From: a virus
IMG/VR virus record: IMGVR_UViG_3300018080_005856
Coordinates: 64,001-128,000 of that record
Reading direction: 5' to 3' (one strand)
Length of the DNA stretch: 64,000 nucleotides
A program made the translations under genes and the position numbers. Every line of letters begins with the position of its first letter. Within the stretch, counting starts at the first letter, position 1. Below are positions 29,485 to 39,246 of this stretch, piece by piece. Under the pieces are notes generated by a model. That model was given only the letters and a program-made list of their open reading frames with translations. It was not told the DNA's origin and searched no databases.

Positions 29485-29553
29485 TAGTGTTCCTCCTTGT
29501 TTATTTCCCTCTATAAGTTCCAGACCTCATAGTCTTTGTATCCTCAATATGAT

Positions 29554-29583
29554 ACAATACACCATGTAACTATATATTGTCAA
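29554..29583 (-). promoter_or_regulatory. Sigma70-type promoter for the recA cassette
   Basis: Minus-strand TTGACA (29583-29578)-18 nt-TATTGT (29559-29554). Confidence 0.55.
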
Positions 29584-29605
29584 GCACATATCAACGGAGA
29601 AATAT

Positions 29606-32600
29606 ATGGGTAATAGACCCTCTAATTCTGAGAATATAATACTTCCTGACCCTATAACCTATGACGCATACAACCGTGGCTATAAAAGCGGAGCTCAAAC
29701 ATCCATCTTTATAGGCCCTATATGGGTAGAGGAGCTCGTCTCAGTACAGGTAAGAAGTCAGACAACCGATGTACCAGTATGGGGATACTCGAATCCTTAC
29801 TATGGTGACATACTTCAAGGAAACTATCAGGTAACAGGACAACTAGCTGTTTCTTATACTGAACCAGATTATCTGTTGAGAATAATAAACACAGCCAGGA
29901 ACGCGAGTATTCAAGACGATGAACTTGCTGCTCTCATAGAGCAAAGGAAAAGCATATTTCTGGACACTGTGAAGTATAAGCTTATCCAAGAACAAAAGAT
30001 GCAGGGTAATCTGGATATAGATGATATCTCTACCATACAAACTGCTGAAAGGTTTGTTCAAAGAATAACAAGAGAGGTAGAAACAACTGTTCTGAACACT
30101 GGTGGGACTGTAAGGAATAATGCGTTCGAGATAACCATAATAACTGGGAACATAGAATCTGGTGACTCGTCCATAGACATATATGAGGGCGTTAAGATAA
30201 TGGGTACTGGTAAAGTAATCAGTACAGATGATACTGCCATTATAGAAATGTATGAGTTCATGGGTAGAAAGAAACCAGATCTTAAAAAGCCAATAGTAGT
30301 CCAGGCAATATCAAATAGACTGTCTAAAGCCAATCTCATGTCTATGGCTAAAGAAGTTACAGATAAACTTATAGATAGGGTAATGGAGCCGCCAACGATG
30401 TTGGCGTCAAGCCTAACACCGCGGGCAATGGAATTAGGATCCACGGACAAAATTGCTATAGCCGGGCATCTACCAAGGAAACCAAGGTTTTATGGAAAGG
30501 AATGCTCTTTCTCAGAAATATCATTCGCTATGGAGCACCCAGATACATTTACAGAGTATACCGATGAGAATGATGAAGTAACACCAATAGTATCGGATTC
30601 AAAGCTTAAGATATACAATAAAGACAGTATAACTCCCAGTGAAGTAGACATAAAGCTGACGTGCCCATTCGTAGATCCTGTTAATGAGGGGCAGCGGAAA
30701 GGGTTTGACAATAGATTCGGTAGACTGGTATCACCAGATAGAGAACATACTGCAAACCATGTAAATGCTGTGGCCCCTATAGAACCGGCAAGCATAATAG
30801 ACCATGTAGGTGGCTCTATAGTAATGCCAAGATACGAAAGCAAAGAGTTTGAGATAGGATCATATTATCCGCCAGAAATAGTAGACATAAGTACATTTGA
30901 ATACGATGAGGAAGACCTCCCTACTCTTACTGCAGGAACATTATGGTGCAATACACTTGGGTTCAGATCTAGTACATCTAAATATGTTAGAGCAAAAGAC
31001 CTGACACCGGAGGAACTTGCATCTGATGCAAGAATAGGAGATATAGCTCAGCCGATGAACACCCTGGCCATAATAGGTGGAGTAATGGCAGAGTGGGAAG
31101 AAGATGAAGACACATTCTCATTTAAGATAGATGTTCCTAGGGCTATTGACTATGTAAATACACATAAGGGTTCTGATAAAGTGACAAAGAGAGAAATGCT
31201 CCTAGGCAAGCCCGGACATTTCCTAAATATAAGAATGGATGCCTCAACCGAGGAATTTGACAGTGCATCCACAAGAAGAACAAACTACGACAATGACTCG
31301 TCAGAAACAGCCACATATGATTGGATCTCAATTGAAGGACCATTGGTAGATGAGAGCAACAGTGCTGTAGAGAATACACAGGCTGATGATACTTCTACTA
31401 CTACCCCTCCGCCCGTTAATGACTGGAAGATATATGAGAACTCTGAGTTCGCTATATCATATGAGTCAATAGATATGCCACTTCCCTCTACAGGAGATCC
31501 TGATACATTGTCTCCACACTACTTTGAGATAACTCTTAATATAACTCAGGCTGATCTAGCTACCTCACTGAATAAGACCCTGTATATTACACCATTTATA
31601 TTTATGGATAATGACTCAGCAGAGTCTACACTTACATCATACGGGCCTCCTCCAGAATATGGTATAACAGTAACCCCGGAGAAAACTCCATCTGGGACCG
31701 ATATAGATAGCTACTTTGGAAGCGACGATAAATCATCTTTTGACAGATTAGCATATTTCCTTAGCAGCAGAAATGGCAACGATGATAGTTGTGATGTAGA
31801 AATAGTGTTTGACTGTGTAGTAGCAGACCAGGCTGGGTATTATAGTACAGATGGAAGGGTAAAAATATATGGCATATATTTTATCAAAACACCAAACGAC
31901 TATGATACAGTGGTAGCTGATGATGGTTCTTCTCAGAGCAGAACCAGTCTGGGAGAACCCAGACAGGTAAGAGTGTTCTTCCTAGCCGGTATAATGCCGC
32001 TTCTCGCTCTTCCCACAGGCAAGGAGGACACAGATGCTATGGTAGATATATCTCACACAGTAGAAGGCCAATCAGGAAGATATCTTGAGATATATAATAT
32101 TACACGATGTGATGCTATGCTTCATAACGCCCAAGCTATTGTAGATTTGAACGCAGGCATATGGCAGGCGGTAAAGAACGCCATAATTGCTATATTCCAG
32201 GATCTATTGAATATAGATGCCCCCGTGACCGGGTACACGTACCCTGTAAAAGCCAGCTGGGATAGATTTGCCGGTTTTCTAGATGGGTATAGTATAAGAG
32301 TAAATTATGGTATAATAGCAGACCAGATAAAGAACTGCTCCTTCACTACTGAGGGTATAGATAAATATGTCAATAGGGCAATGGAAATAGACAGTTCAGG
32401 AAGAAAGTGGACATTAGCAAAGGCTCTTACCATAGCGGAAGAAATAGTAGAAAGCAAAGCATCAGGCCTCAACTCGGAAACTGAAGATGAAATAGAATCT
32501 ATGGTAATAGGAGCCATAGAGTCAAAAGTAACAGAGCTTGGTGGTACTATAATAGATAGAAACTCAGCCAAGCGAACATTTGTTATTGACATGGAAGTCC

Positions 32601-32734
32601 TTATGCCTGCAAGTGACGTAGTGTCATATGGATTATCATCGGCCGGATATGAATACCTGTCTTCGCTAACGACATCATCTGATGATACTACTGTACCAAC
32701 TGGTTACATAAACCTCGGAGGATATACTGAATGA
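29606..32734 (+). CDS. Virion protein with an N-terminal tail-tube-like domain
   Basis: The N-terminus (YKSGAQTSIFIG, VPVWGYS, GNYQVTGQLAVSY, FEITI, EMYEFMGR) is a third tube-fold paralogue; the rest is acidic and beta-rich. Confidence 0.65.
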   Translation: MGNRPSNSENIILPDPITYDAYNRGYKSGAQTSIFIGPIWVEELVSVQVRSQTTDVPVWGYSNPYYGDILQGNYQVTGQLAVSYTEPDYLLRIINTARNASIQDDELAALIEQRKSIFLDTVKYKLIQEQKMQGNLDIDDISTIQTAERFVQRITREVETTVLNTGGTVRNNAFEITIITGNIESGDSSIDIYEGVKIMGTGKVISTDDTAIIEMYEFMGRKKPDLKKPIVVQAISNRLSKANLMSMAKEVTDKLIDRVMEPPTMLASSLTPRAMELGSTDKIAIAGHLPRKPRFYGKECSFSEISFAMEHPDTFTEYTDENDEVTPIVSDSKLKIYNKDSITPSEVDIKLTCPFVDPVNEGQRKGFDNRFGRLVSPDREHTANHVNAVAPIEPASIIDHVGGSIVMPRYESKEFEIGSYYPPEIVDISTFEYDEEDLPTLTAGTLWCNTLGFRSSTSKYVRAKDLTPEELASDARIGDIAQPMNTLAIIGGVMAEWEEDEDTFSFKIDVPRAIDYVNTHKGSDKVTKREMLLGKPGHFLNIRMDASTEEFDSASTRRTNYDNDSSETATYDWISIEGPLVDESNSAVENTQADDTSTTTPPPVNDWKIYENSEFAISYESIDMPLPSTGDPDTLSPHYFEITLNITQADLATSLNKTLYITPFIFMDNDSAESTLTSYGPPPEYGITVTPEKTPSGTDIDSYFGSDDKSSFDRLAYFLSSRNGNDDSCDVEIVFDCVVADQAGYYSTDGRVKIYGIYFIKTPNDYDTVVADDGSSQSRTSLGEPRQVRVFFLAGIMPLLALPTGKEDTDAMVDISHTVEGQSGRYLEIYNITRCDAMLHNAQAIVDLNAGIWQAVKNAIIAIFQDLLNIDAPVTGYTYPVKASWDRFAGFLDGYSIRVNYGIIADQIKNCSFTTEGIDKYVNRAMEIDSSGRKWTLAKALTIAEEIVESKASGLNSETEDEIESMVIGAIESKVTELGGTIIDRNSAKRTFVIDMEVLMPASDVVSYGLSSAGYEYLSSLTTSSDDTTVPTGYINLGGYTE

Positions 32735-35700
32735 GCACTGATATAAAGGATCCATCTGACCTTGGAAATTCCATAAACTCTTTCAATATAGTAGAGTGTT
32801 GTGAGTATACCCCTATAGATATGTACATATGTATTCCTAATCTAGGATATGGGTTCCCATCTCATGTAATAGAGACATTTGCTTCCAAATTCCATAAGAT
32901 AATTCCGGATAATGCGCATTCTGTAGTAAGCGAGGAGGATTCCAAGATCCAGATCAGTGACGATGCTGGTATAATAATGGAAAAAGACAAGTTTGCTGTA
33001 GCAGGAAAAGGGTTTCTATCAGATCATATGATAACTAGAATACCTTTGAACAGCCCTTGTGCAAAGAAGGCTAGGCTCAATCCTCCTCTGAAACTGCCGA
33101 TACCTTTTAGAGTTAGAGATATAAGTGGTAGCGCAGCTACTGGTATGGTAATGACAAATCTATCTGTCAGAAACGAGCAAGCTGCTCTTTATAACATGAT
33201 GAGTAGTGTAGCTGAAGATGAGACTATGGATAACATCAAGGATTCCATAGCAAAAGCAATAGCCGCTTCTCATTTTAGAGCCGCTAGTGACCTGAACAAA
33301 GAAGGTACTGATGATGCCGGAACTTCTGCTGATAAGTTCACAGGAACTGTTGGAGAGGACACAGAGAGAGTAGAATTTACACATTTATTCAAGGGAGAAA
33401 ACGGCGAGCTTAGTGCAGAAGATGTTAATTATCAATCTATTGTAAGTAAATCTAACTATGATACCCCCTGGGCAGAATGTCTCCTAAGGCCCGCTATTTT
33501 CGTATCATACGTAAACGATAATGGAGATCTTAGAGTTTACTACTCTCCAGATCTTACAGCTCAATTGATGAAAAGCATAGTAATAGAGGGAAAGTCCACC
33601 CCTCCAGAACTAAAGTTTGAGAAAACTCTATATGCCTTTGGTGTTGATTCAGCATATAGAGGACTCATGCAAGACTGGATGACTTTTGTTGATAGTGGTA
33701 ATGAAGATGGGATTACAGGAAATAACGATCTCAGCTCGTTTTATATCTCATCAGAATTCGTACCATGTGAGATGTTCAGAGATGGGCTTCATATGGGAGA
33801 TATTGAAGACCTAAGTGTCAGAAATAGACTGGTGGATGGGGGAGCTGATCAAACCGTTACATGTACTCTAATAACTCCATCACCTCCCTTGTTCACAAAT
33901 GGTGAAATATACAGAGATAATCCTAAGAAGGATAACGAGTCATTTTACCTTCCTTTTAGCCAGGCCTACCTGCTCCCTCTGGCATCTTACAGTAAGTATG
34001 CAGTTGGCTGGGATGAATCAGAAACTTGTCAACTATGCGGAGGTACTGGAAGTATAGGATTCACTAGCTGCTTTGTATGCGATAAAGGGGAAGGAATACT
34101 ATGTCCTACTTGCCTCAATAACACAGAAAGAATAGACGGTACAGATGAAGAAGTATATGGATACCAATCTTCAGAATGTAGTTATTGTAATGCACCTGGT
34201 AATCAGTGGGAGGCTGTAAGCAGATTTACTGTTGTCTTAACATATTCACTTCTAGGAAAGATACCATGCCCTAGTTGTTTTAACCAAGCCATTCAGAGTG
34301 CCAACCATGATATATATCTTGTATCTGAATACATAGGGACTAGTAGGGGAAGCGGTGCAGGAACATGCTCCACATGCAAAGGTACGGGCTATGTTCAGTG
34401 TCCGAATTGTATAGGTAATCCGGATGGTCTCAGTGAAACTCCAGGATATCAGCGCAGCAAATGTCCAACCTGCTTCGATAGTAGCAGCGGAAGCTACAGA
34501 GGAAAAAGCACACCGGTGGCTGGAAGATTGTCATGCACTTCAGATAATCTCGAGTTTGTAGCTGGGGCCCCAGAGACATCCATATATTATGAGAATATGA
34601 GCATCAGGCTAGCGCCTACTTGCAATGATACTGGGACAGTAAGCTTAGATACATGTCCAGCGTGTGGAGGGACCGGAACATCTTATAGATTCTATGCTGG
34701 TTCGTATTGTATAGGGGGAGAATATACCTTTGATCAGAAACCACATACTTGTGTAGTACAGAGCGATCAAGAGAGTGAAACGGACTTTACATCAATGGCG
34801 TACGTATCTGGCAAGAACATGGTAAGCTGGTACAACAAATCTGCGTATCTAGAAATGCCTCTTTCCTCATCTAACGATGCTGGCTGGGCAGCTGATATGA
34901 CCTTCAATAGCGAAGCATCCAACCTAAAGTGGTTACCCCCATACATGTATGAGATATATTCTAATAATAGTGTAAAGGTATATTGCAGGCTACCAGAAGG
35001 AACCAAAGTACATCTCTACAACCCCCCGGTGATGACCTTTGCTGAACTACCAGAAGACTTGGGTCATATAATACTTGACTCTACTCCTGATTTGGCTGCC
35101 ACTACAGCATATGATGGTGGTACCTGGGCTTACGTAGAATCTGATTCAGATATACCTCTAGAATCTGGTATACGGTGTATTACAACTAAGAATAATGAGT
35201 TATATGATTTCACATATATGTCACCCCTGGTTGATATAACACTTTCTGGGAATGTGGAAGGAAATATGGTTCTCCATTCTGAGGGGTTCGCACACCTTTC
35301 CGAGTCTTTGAGAATGTACTATGACTTTCTGAGAGAATATAAAGATGTCTTAAAACATGTGGATACCGCTAGAGTAGAGGAAATACCTGATTACTCAACC
35401 ACGACCTCTAGATTTCTGTACGCCCCAAGCAACGCGGAAGATCTTAAACTCTCTGGAGATGATATAGATAATACAACATCATGGATATCTCTGACTGCAT
35501 TTAGAGATGTTCCTAGCTTTGGTACAGGCTTTCTATTCGCAGATAAAGACAGACAGAAAACTATATCAGAATTCAGCAATACCATATTGACTGATATGAG
35601 TAGTCTAATTGATGGCAGACCCGCCACAGACGATCAGTGCAGTCTTATTATAGACACAATACTTGGAATATCTACATCTCATTCTGATATGACATACTGC

Positions 35701-38631
35701 GAACCAGATCACGACCATAGGCTTTCTTATGTATCAAAGGGAGTAGCTAGTGAAATAACCAGCAATTATAGTGGAGACGATATACAGGCGGTTAAGGGCG
35801 CATCTATTATATACGATACAACTTCCGGTACAGAGCCTGAGGGGGATGGAACAGATGTAAAACCTATCAAGCCGTCTATCCATACTATAGACACTACAAT
35901 AGCTGATGATGGTGGAATATCTATAAGCACTCTATTATCTGCACCCATAGAATCTGATGACCTAACAGTATGTGATAATATGAAAACACTGGCTACCAGT
36001 CTGAAGAAGATGATAATAGATCTTTCTGATATGGTAACACATGTATTGATAAAACTGGATGATGCTTCTGATCTATCGTCACCAGTCCCAATGTTTTCTC
36101 CTAACTATTTCAGAAGAGACACAACATACGACAACTTTCTTACCGGCAAAATAGAGGACGTGAAAGCACTATTGGGCAGTGGAGAAGATGCTAGTCTACT
36201 TACCAGAGACTTTATAGGAGTGATTACAGAGTATGTAAAAGACCTAAAGAAGAATGGGAAAGCTGACAGGCCCAGCAATCTGATGCAATCAGTACAAACA
36301 GCAAGAGGAGAATATACCTTTGCCGCAGCTTACCTATCATCCATAGCAGGATGGTTAGTTAAGCAAAGATACAATGTTGATGATATAGAACATACGTTCG
36401 CTGCCATAGATAGCGATGGATTATCAACAAACGTAGTGTTTACAAAGGAAGCCAATCATAAAGGTCTTCTTGTTTATAATATGAGGAAAGCATACTATGT
36501 TATTGTATCAACTATATCATTCCTGGTAGCTACAATAGAAAGGTTGTTAGTGTACATGTACTCTGTAGATCTAAGGTACGACCCCCTGCCGGCATACCTC
36601 AACGATACAACCGGCGGAAATACTGTTCCTTTACATATATACGGATTCAAATCACAGGACGGTAACCCATGCTATCCTAAAGTTAAAAGCGACATAGTAA
36701 TATCTGAACTGTCGGCTAGTACTATAAACCTGAACACGATATCATACTTTGCAGATAATGACGATGATATAAAGTACGACGTTACATTAAAGATTCCTAC
36801 CCTAAGTGATATGTCCGTGAAACCTTTGCCACTTCTAGGATTCGGAGCTAACGCTACCACAAGAGCGTTAGCAAGTTGGGATGAGACTCATAAGTATGCA
36901 TTCGAGCCCAGAGGAATATTCGAGGGTTTTACCTCAGTGCCACCAACATTGGACGTATCTACATATAACATGGTTTCCCTCTCTGGAATGGTAAACATAC
37001 AGGATAATCTATCTAGAAGGGATTACATGGTATATGACGGAAACTATGTTACCTATATCAACTCTTCTGAAGAACATACGTACTCCGGTCTTATGGCTAG
37101 CACTATAAGAACCGAACTAGAAGAGGTATATGCATCAGAGGTAGTTCCTCCTATAGGCGCGTTGGAAGTAGAAGGAGAGATAAGCATGGCAGATGCCTTT
37201 CCATTCATAGCGGGGGGTCCCCTGGTTATAGCTTTACCTACCAGTATAAGAATGGACAACGTGGATTTCTTATCGGCACGACCACTGCCGGCTCAAACCT
37301 CAGCACTTTCTGGTGTATCAATAGACTACGCCACGTCGGAATCTATACCTTCAGGTATATTTTCAGATCCAGAAGGCGCTATATCTCGTATAGGTACAGC
37401 ATGCACAGATATGCTAGGCTTTGTATCGAATGCCAGGAATACCATGGTTATTTTCAGCAAGATGTCTTCTGACTCCAAGTATGAGTATGTGTTTCCTATA
37501 GCTGGACAAGCTGATACTCTATTGGGTACTACAAGCCAAGGAGAATCTCTCATGATGTGCTACCTCGCAGAAGCACTAGGTATGAGAATACGAACACCAT
37601 TCGGTACCGGAGGAGAGGTAAGTGCATCCAAGATATCGGCTATAATGGGAAGCAGTACTGGGTGGACTGATGGTGGTACAAGTGATTATCATATAATGAA
37701 TTACAATCTATGGTTGTCCAAAAGAAGGGCATACATGATCTTTAATATAATGATGTCAGTACTGTTGCATAGACGCCGGATGCATATAGCGGACTGGGAA
37801 AGCTCAAAATACTACTATGAATGGGACCTGGTGTTTTACTCAGACGCATATTATAAATGTACTACAGCACATACATCCTCTGGGTCTTTCGATATATCTA
37901 AGTGGACAGAAATAGCTATAGGTAGTAATGCAGAAGATGGGGAACCCCTATACAGGGAGCTGGTATCATACAAGAACCCATCTAGTGGAACAACTCTAAA
38001 ATATATGGTAGAATTAGTATACGCTACAGCTCAGCCCACTGAATCAACAACAGTAAAAGCACGAAAAGCTTTTCATTGTTACGGATTTGGCTCACTGTTT
38101 CAGAGCCCAAACACTGGAGATAATGCTGCTAGACGCAATCAGAGAGTTACCGACATACATATAAACGTACCGGTTTCATTAGACTCATCTAGAATGTGGG
38201 CATTCAACCATCTCAACAGAAGATTCGGGGCTCCATTCTGTGCAGACCTAGATATTTCTACTGTTCCTGTTACTCCTACACCACCAGGGAATAGTTACAT
38301 AGGAGGATGGGCATTGCCTAAGGCAGGAAAAACCCCAGGACAGTGGGAAACGTTGAACACGCCTGTAACCAGTAGCAACACGATAGAGGCAGCAAGTGCA
38401 ACCACAGAGGACTTCCTGAGGTCAAACCTAAAGTGGATGGCACAGGGATGGAATGGTATAGTTAAACAGAAGTTGAGAAACATATCTAAGGATACGGGTG
38501 GGGAAGCAATGAGTCTTAACAGTAAGATAAATAGTTTCCTTGGTTCAGAAGAAGGAATGGCAGCTTTTGCTATACCTAGATCTGGTAGGTTAACAGATCA
38601 GATATGGCTTAAAATAACAGACTTGAGTTAG
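32731..38631 (+). CDS. Giant tail/baseplate-associated protein with DnaJ-type Zn fingers, OmpA-like and CBM5/12-like domains
   Basis: CxxC(xGxG) array at about 34030-34680. AGQAD..YNLWLSKRRA..GFG..RRNQRV, with WESSKYYYEWDLVFYSDAYYKCTTAHTS inside it. Confidence 0.6.
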   Translation: MSTDIKDPSDLGNSINSFNIVECCEYTPIDMYICIPNLGYGFPSHVIETFASKFHKIIPDNAHSVVSEEDSKIQISDDAGIIMEKDKFAVAGKGFLSDHMITRIPLNSPCAKKARLNPPLKLPIPFRVRDISGSAATGMVMTNLSVRNEQAALYNMMSSVAEDETMDNIKDSIAKAIAASHFRAASDLNKEGTDDAGTSADKFTGTVGEDTERVEFTHLFKGENGELSAEDVNYQSIVSKSNYDTPWAECLLRPAIFVSYVNDNGDLRVYYSPDLTAQLMKSIVIEGKSTPPELKFEKTLYAFGVDSAYRGLMQDWMTFVDSGNEDGITGNNDLSSFYISSEFVPCEMFRDGLHMGDIEDLSVRNRLVDGGADQTVTCTLITPSPPLFTNGEIYRDNPKKDNESFYLPFSQAYLLPLASYSKYAVGWDESETCQLCGGTGSIGFTSCFVCDKGEGILCPTCLNNTERIDGTDEEVYGYQSSECSYCNAPGNQWEAVSRFTVVLTYSLLGKIPCPSCFNQAIQSANHDIYLVSEYIGTSRGSGAGTCSTCKGTGYVQCPNCIGNPDGLSETPGYQRSKCPTCFDSSSGSYRGKSTPVAGRLSCTSDNLEFVAGAPETSIYYENMSIRLAPTCNDTGTVSLDTCPACGGTGTSYRFYAGSYCIGGEYTFDQKPHTCVVQSDQESETDFTSMAYVSGKNMVSWYNKSAYLEMPLSSSNDAGWAADMTFNSEASNLKWLPPYMYEIYSNNSVKVYCRLPEGTKVHLYNPPVMTFAELPEDLGHIILDSTPDLAATTAYDGGTWAYVESDSDIPLESGIRCITTKNNELYDFTYMSPLVDITLSGNVEGNMVLHSEGFAHLSESLRMYYDFLREYKDVLKHVDTARVEEIPDYSTTTSRFLYAPSNAEDLKLSGDDIDNTTSWISLTAFRDVPSFGTGFLFADKDRQKTISEFSNTILTDMSSLIDGRPATDDQCSLIIDTILGISTSHSDMTYCEPDHDHRLSYVSKGVASEITSNYSGDDIQAVKGASIIYDTTSGTEPEGDGTDVKPIKPSIHTIDTTIADDGGISISTLLSAPIESDDLTVCDNMKTLATSLKKMIIDLSDMVTHVLIKLDDASDLSSPVPMFSPNYFRRDTTYDNFLTGKIEDVKALLGSGEDASLLTRDFIGVITEYVKDLKKNGKADRPSNLMQSVQTARGEYTFAAAYLSSIAGWLVKQRYNVDDIEHTFAAIDSDGLSTNVVFTKEANHKGLLVYNMRKAYYVIVSTISFLVATIERLLVYMYSVDLRYDPLPAYLNDTTGGNTVPLHIYGFKSQDGNPCYPKVKSDIVISELSASTINLNTISYFADNDDDIKYDVTLKIPTLSDMSVKPLPLLGFGANATTRALASWDETHKYAFEPRGIFEGFTSVPPTLDVSTYNMVSLSGMVNIQDNLSRRDYMVYDGNYVTYINSSEEHTYSGLMASTIRTELEEVYASEVVPPIGALEVEGEISMADAFPFIAGGPLVIALPTSIRMDNVDFLSARPLPAQTSALSGVSIDYATSESIPSGIFSDPEGAISRIGTACTDMLGFVSNARNTMVIFSKMSSDSKYEYVFPIAGQADTLLGTTSQGESLMMCYLAEALGMRIRTPFGTGGEVSASKISAIMGSSTGWTDGGTSDYHIMNYNLWLSKRRAYMIFNIMMSVLLHRRRMHIADWESSKYYYEWDLVFYSDAYYKCTTAHTSSGSFDISKWTEIAIGSNAEDGEPLYRELVSYKNPSSGTTLKYMVELVYATAQPTESTTVKARKAFHCYGFGSLFQSPNTGDNAARRNQRVTDIHINVPVSLDSSRMWAFNHLNRRFGAPFCADLDISTVPVTPTPPGNSYIGGWALPKAGKTPGQWETLNTPVTSSNTIEAASATTEDFLRSNLKWMAQGWNGIVKQKLRNISKDTGGEAMSLNSKINSFLGSEEGMAAFAIPRSGRLTDQIWLKITDLS

Positions 38632-38643
38632 GAGGAACTAACG

Positions 38644-39237
38644 ATGAGCGAAGAGAATAAGCAAGACAAGGATCATGAAACTGTGAACGGGGACGTAGAA
38701 GAAACCACAGTAGATCATGAGGAAGATCAGAGAAACCAGGATGAAGGGTTCTTCGATAATGTGAGTGATACGGTAAAGGACGAGTTCGAGAAAGTAGAGA
38801 TACTTATGAAAAGAGCTCGTGAGGAGCGTGATCGTGTGAGAGATGAGGTAAAGAAGAAGTATCCAGGAGTAAGAATGTTCTCAGTAGTTACACCATACTC
38901 TGGTGTTTACATCGTTCGCGCACAGGATGTAGCCGATATAAAAGCATCCACTAAGGCAGTGGACAAATATATCGATGACGAGATAGTGAAAGAGGGGGGC
39001 AGGGAGAAACTGTCAGCCATGCCAGAATCGGAAAGGAACATTATAGTGCAGCGTATAAATGCTGAAGCTGCTGATATAAGCAACGATATATCCTTATCCA
39101 GGTGCGTTCTCTATCCGTATGACTTTGGTAAAATGGTAGAAACGGGAGAAGGTATACCGGCCGGAGTATATCCCCTGCTCATAGAGAAAATATATGAGGT
39201 ATCCGGGTGGCAGGATGTGGACGTAGAGGAGATATAA
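38644..39237 (+). CDS. Putative tail assembly chaperone
   Basis: Acidic 197-aa protein with YIVRA, CVLYP and PAGVYPLLIEKIYEVSGW; AGGAGG RBS; precedes the TMP-position gene. Confidence 0.55.
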   Translation: MSEENKQDKDHETVNGDVEETTVDHEEDQRNQDEGFFDNVSDTVKDEFEKVEILMKRAREERDRVRDEVKKKYPGVRMFSVVTPYSGVYIVRAQDVADIKASTKAVDKYIDDEIVKEGGREKLSAMPESERNIIVQRINAEAADISNDISLSRCVLYPYDFGKMVETGEGIPAGVYPLLIEKIYEVSGWQDVDVEEI

Positions 39238-39246
39238 AGGTCCTCG

